A stretch of DNA of 64,000 bases, from positions 1-64,000 of the forward strand of contig NMRA01000793.1 of the NCBI GenBank assembly GCA_002633005.1. Direction: 5' to 3'. The DNA comes from Phoronis australis (Eukaryota; Animalia; Phoronida). Both the position numbers and the translations under genes were made by a program. Below are positions 62,024 through 64,000 of this stretch, one piece after another; positions within the stretch are counted from its first letter, which is position 1; the number at the start of each line of letters is the position of its first letter. The notes beneath the pieces were generated by a model. The model ran no database searches and was not told where the DNA came from. It saw only the letters and a list, made by a program, of their open reading frames with translations.

Positions 62024-63269
62024 CACTGCGCAGTTGCTGCCTCAGCCGCTGCCTCTGCTACTGCTTATGTCGCAACTGCCACGATGTACAGCAATTACTA
62101 CTTTTATACTACCGCCACTGCTATGCGCCGCTTTGGCTGCAGTTTGCCAAAAATAATTTTCTGAGAGTCATGTTGGTTGCATGACAATTGGCAATTTGTA
62201 ACCATTAGGCGGTCTTTCTCGCGCTATTACCTCTCCTTGGTGACACGCCAGTATCGTGAAGTAATTCTGTTGATGGTGTCATTCCTTTATTATTTCAGTT
62301 AGGTGTCGAGACAATGTGACTCTGGGTTTCGTGGATGGTGAAACTAAGTGTGACTGTCCTTTGCCGTGCTCGTAAGTATGACTTTTAATCTTAGTTGAAA
62401 TTCAATTCATCTGCGTCTGCAAAAAGTGCAAAAAGTAAAATTGATGTGACATTAGAGACAATACTTTACAAGCCTCATGTTGATCGACATTATCTGACTT
62501 TTAAATTGAGTGTCAATGTAGAGTTGTAGAGTCAAGACACTCTTCTGATAGAACATTCATGCATACATGTGCATACTGAACAGTGCGTCATAAATGTCGA
62601 ATTTGCGACCTGGAGAGGTTTCGTAGACAGAACTTCTTGCAAGAACAGCAAGATCTCGCAAGACCTCGCAAAACCAAGTCAGTGAAAAGCAAATGTTTCG
62701 AGAGAGTATGAATGCTCGGGAGCTTAATATCCTGTCCCAATATGGCGGCCGCTGAAGCGATTCAGTAGTGTAAGGCGAGGTTGGAGTGTTGAATGGTGGC
62801 CGGGATTGAAGTCACTGCTTCCGTTCTTTGAGCGAAGATTGTTCGCCACAAGTGCAAGCCAATGTCTTGAGGTCTACGGAGCTCAGTCCCGTTGGTACTT
62901 TTGATACAAGAGTCACGTTTTGCGCCCATCCTAAACCAATGGACTTCCCCGCCTTGTCTATTATCTGTTTGTGTTTAAGAGATCACGTGATTGTGATACG
63001 AGACTCTTAGTAAGAGTTGCACGTTGATTCCTGATCCTTTTTGATGTCGGTTATCCTCTATTCAGCCACAAATTGGCGTTTGAAGATATGTCAAAGTTGC
63101 TTGTTTCCCGCACCCCTATCCAGCCCGCTTCATCAAGGGGCTTTTAAACTTGTTGTTAATGCTAATTATCTCTACACGAAGACCAAGTCGATAAACGCAT
63201 TTTATTTTCAGGGAATCGACTCACTTGTTGACATCAAGTTCTGCAAAATGGCCAAGTGATCCTTATAAG
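51117..63269 (+). CDS. DEG/ENaC-family channel subunit, paralog 2, 3'-incomplete in window; join(51117-51273,51504-51758,54496-54640,59227-59345,59851-60011,60594-60704,61536-61668,62299-62371,63212-63269,...)
   Basis: Nine exons; exons 2-9 have the same lengths and phases as paralog 1; frame open throughout; the last two exons (including TM2) are expected beyond base 64000. Confidence 0.92.
51504..51758 (+). CDS. paralog 2 exon 2 (TM1, FPAVTVCN)
   Basis: Within ORF 51494-51826; CTGTAG acceptor, GTACGT donor; 255 nt. Confidence 0.93.
51805..53993. mobile_element. TTAA-flanked non-autonomous DNA transposon (Kolobok-like termini) hosting a long foldback
   Basis: TTAA|AGGAGAGAGCAAC ... GTTGCGTTCTCCT|TTAA (11/13 inverted match). 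Confidence 0.6.
51932..53920. repeat. foldback element of about 2 kb with long imperfect inverted arms
   Basis: 51932-52092 pairs with 53758-53920, and 52447-52730 pairs with 53131-53403. Confidence 0.85.
54496..54640 (+). CDS. paralog 2 exon 3 (..KAGHQFGDFVIHCKWKEYDC)
   Basis: CTTCCAG acceptor, GTAGCT donor, 145 nt. Confidence 0.88.
55251..58710. mobile_element. ISL2EU/PIF-Harbinger-group DNA transposon relic in intron 3 of paralog 2
   Basis: AT|GGGTCTATTCGA ... TCGAATAGCCCC|AT, inner inverted match GTACTAGTGGT/ACCACTAGTAC; THAP-like YYCYFPGCK near the left end, TIDGVTE (DDE-like) at about 56506, and a SWIM-like Cys fragment on the minus strand near the right end. Confidence 0.55.
59227..59345 (+). 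CDS. paralog 2 exon 4 (FFDPRYGNCFTYN)
   Basis: TTTCAG acceptor, GTAATA donor, 119 nt. Confidence 0.92.
59851..60011 (+). CDS. paralog 2 exon 5
   Basis: 161 nt, GLTMILNLEQNEY..PFPYDEG; acceptor is TTTGAG, donor GTAGAC. Confidence 0.88.
60594..60704 (+). CDS. paralog 2 exon 6
   Basis: GTGTAG acceptor, GTAAGA donor, 111 nt, VQICRIGEPHAKCEDP..YSQQ. Confidence 0.9.
61536..61668 (+). CDS. paralog 2 exon 7 (thumb)
   Basis: TTTCAG acceptor, GTAAGA donor, 133 nt, ACKKSCFQ..RCGC. Confidence 0.9.
61925..62120. repeat. (TAC)n trinucleotide microsatellite with degenerate flanks; (GAA)n at 61729-61765
   Basis: Direct reading. Confidence 0.95.
62299..62371 (+). CDS. paralog 2 exon 8
   Basis: TTTCAG acceptor, GTAAGT donor, 73 nt, ..KCDCPLPC. 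Confidence 0.9.
63212..63269 (+). CDS. paralog 2 exon 9
   Basis: TTTTCAG acceptor, GTAATC donor, 58 nt, ..AKWPSDPYK. Confidence 0.88.
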
Positions 63270-64000
63270 GTAATCCTTTCATTAAGAACAACTGTAATCA
63301 TATCAATAGATCATATCCATGAAAACAAGTCTCCGGTGGAAGAAATCTACCTTTGGTGATTACCCGAATAACACTTCCGCCATGAAATAGTGCAAAGTGA
63401 TAGATCTAACACGGTATCCTGTGCCTTCTTGTTTGCCTCAATCTCTTTGTCGGTTTTAAAGATTCGAGCATACCTGAAAATTGTGAATTTTAACAAATTT
63501 CTTTCTGTAGTGACATTTATGTTTTAATACGCCAGTTCTCACACCGCTTATTTCCGTGAAATGACCCCGCAGTTCTGATTGGGCAAACCTTTGAAAAAGA
63601 GACAATGACGCTCAATGTAAATTTCTGGGTTGCATCATTTTTTGGCGCAAAACTCCAGGAAGTAGCCAAGAGATCACTTGAGTCACATTCCTGAACTTGA
63701 GTGCATGGCAATCGGAGTGGATGAACATGTATGTTTTATCGAGAAAGAGTGACTGCATGTTTTTGGTTGATAAATGTGCAATTTCTGTACAAGGACATGC
63801 ATTTGCGGTTGCCGAAAAACTGATGTAACTTATTATATCACTTAATTTACTACCTGTCCAGACATACTTTATTCAGTTGCATATCTACCAATAGACTTCG
63901 TTCTTTTGACACAGAAAATATGAAAAAATGACAAATTCGTGCCGTCGTTTGCACCACCGTGAAAATTGTTAGTAAGGAGCTGAGAGGTGCGGAAACGAGG

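Noticed and set aside
61796-62164. Poly-Tyr and poly-Thr ORFs
   Set aside because: Translation of the (TAC)n microsatellite in intron 7.
63500-63730. Minus-strand Cys-containing fragment (CTQVQECDSSDLL..) resembling a CxC/KDZ transposon domain
   Set aside because: Too short and degenerate to support, and close to the window edge.

Overview
AT-rich animal genomic DNA, probably a marine invertebrate judging by its transposon set. It is not prokaryotic, so most entries in the ORF track are spurious. The window holds two tandem, same-strand (+) paralogous genes of the DEG/ENaC (ASIC/FaNaC/amiloride-sensitive sodium channel) family. Paralog 1 assembles by hand into 11 coding exons (10593-38860, 1542 nt, 513 aa, open frame, all GT-AG). 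Paralog 2 has 9 coding exons here (51117-63269) and runs off the right edge. Its exons 2-9 match paralog 1 in length and phase. Each gene appears to have a homologous non-coding first exon (donors at 1003 and 49049). Paralog 1 departs from family consensus at two pore elements: the pre-TM1 His-Gly motif reads His-Ala and the TM2 G-x-S belt reads G-W-S. The paralogs differ mainly in the finger and thumb exons. Introns and the intergenic region are filled with decayed mobile DNA: an L1/Tx1 LINE with target-site duplication (TSD) that contains a Penelope-type insert with a hammerhead ribozyme core, a deleted Polinton/Maverick (adintovirus-like) provirus with polymerase and capsid relics, a Hero-like LINE, a Penelope GIY-YIG relic, Academ-like and ISL2EU-like DNA transposon relics, a tandem Helentron-associated (HINE) element, a 2 kb foldback, several MITEs, a tRNA-derived SINE head and a hierarchical minisatellite. 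All family assignments come from motif recognition by eye, not database searches.
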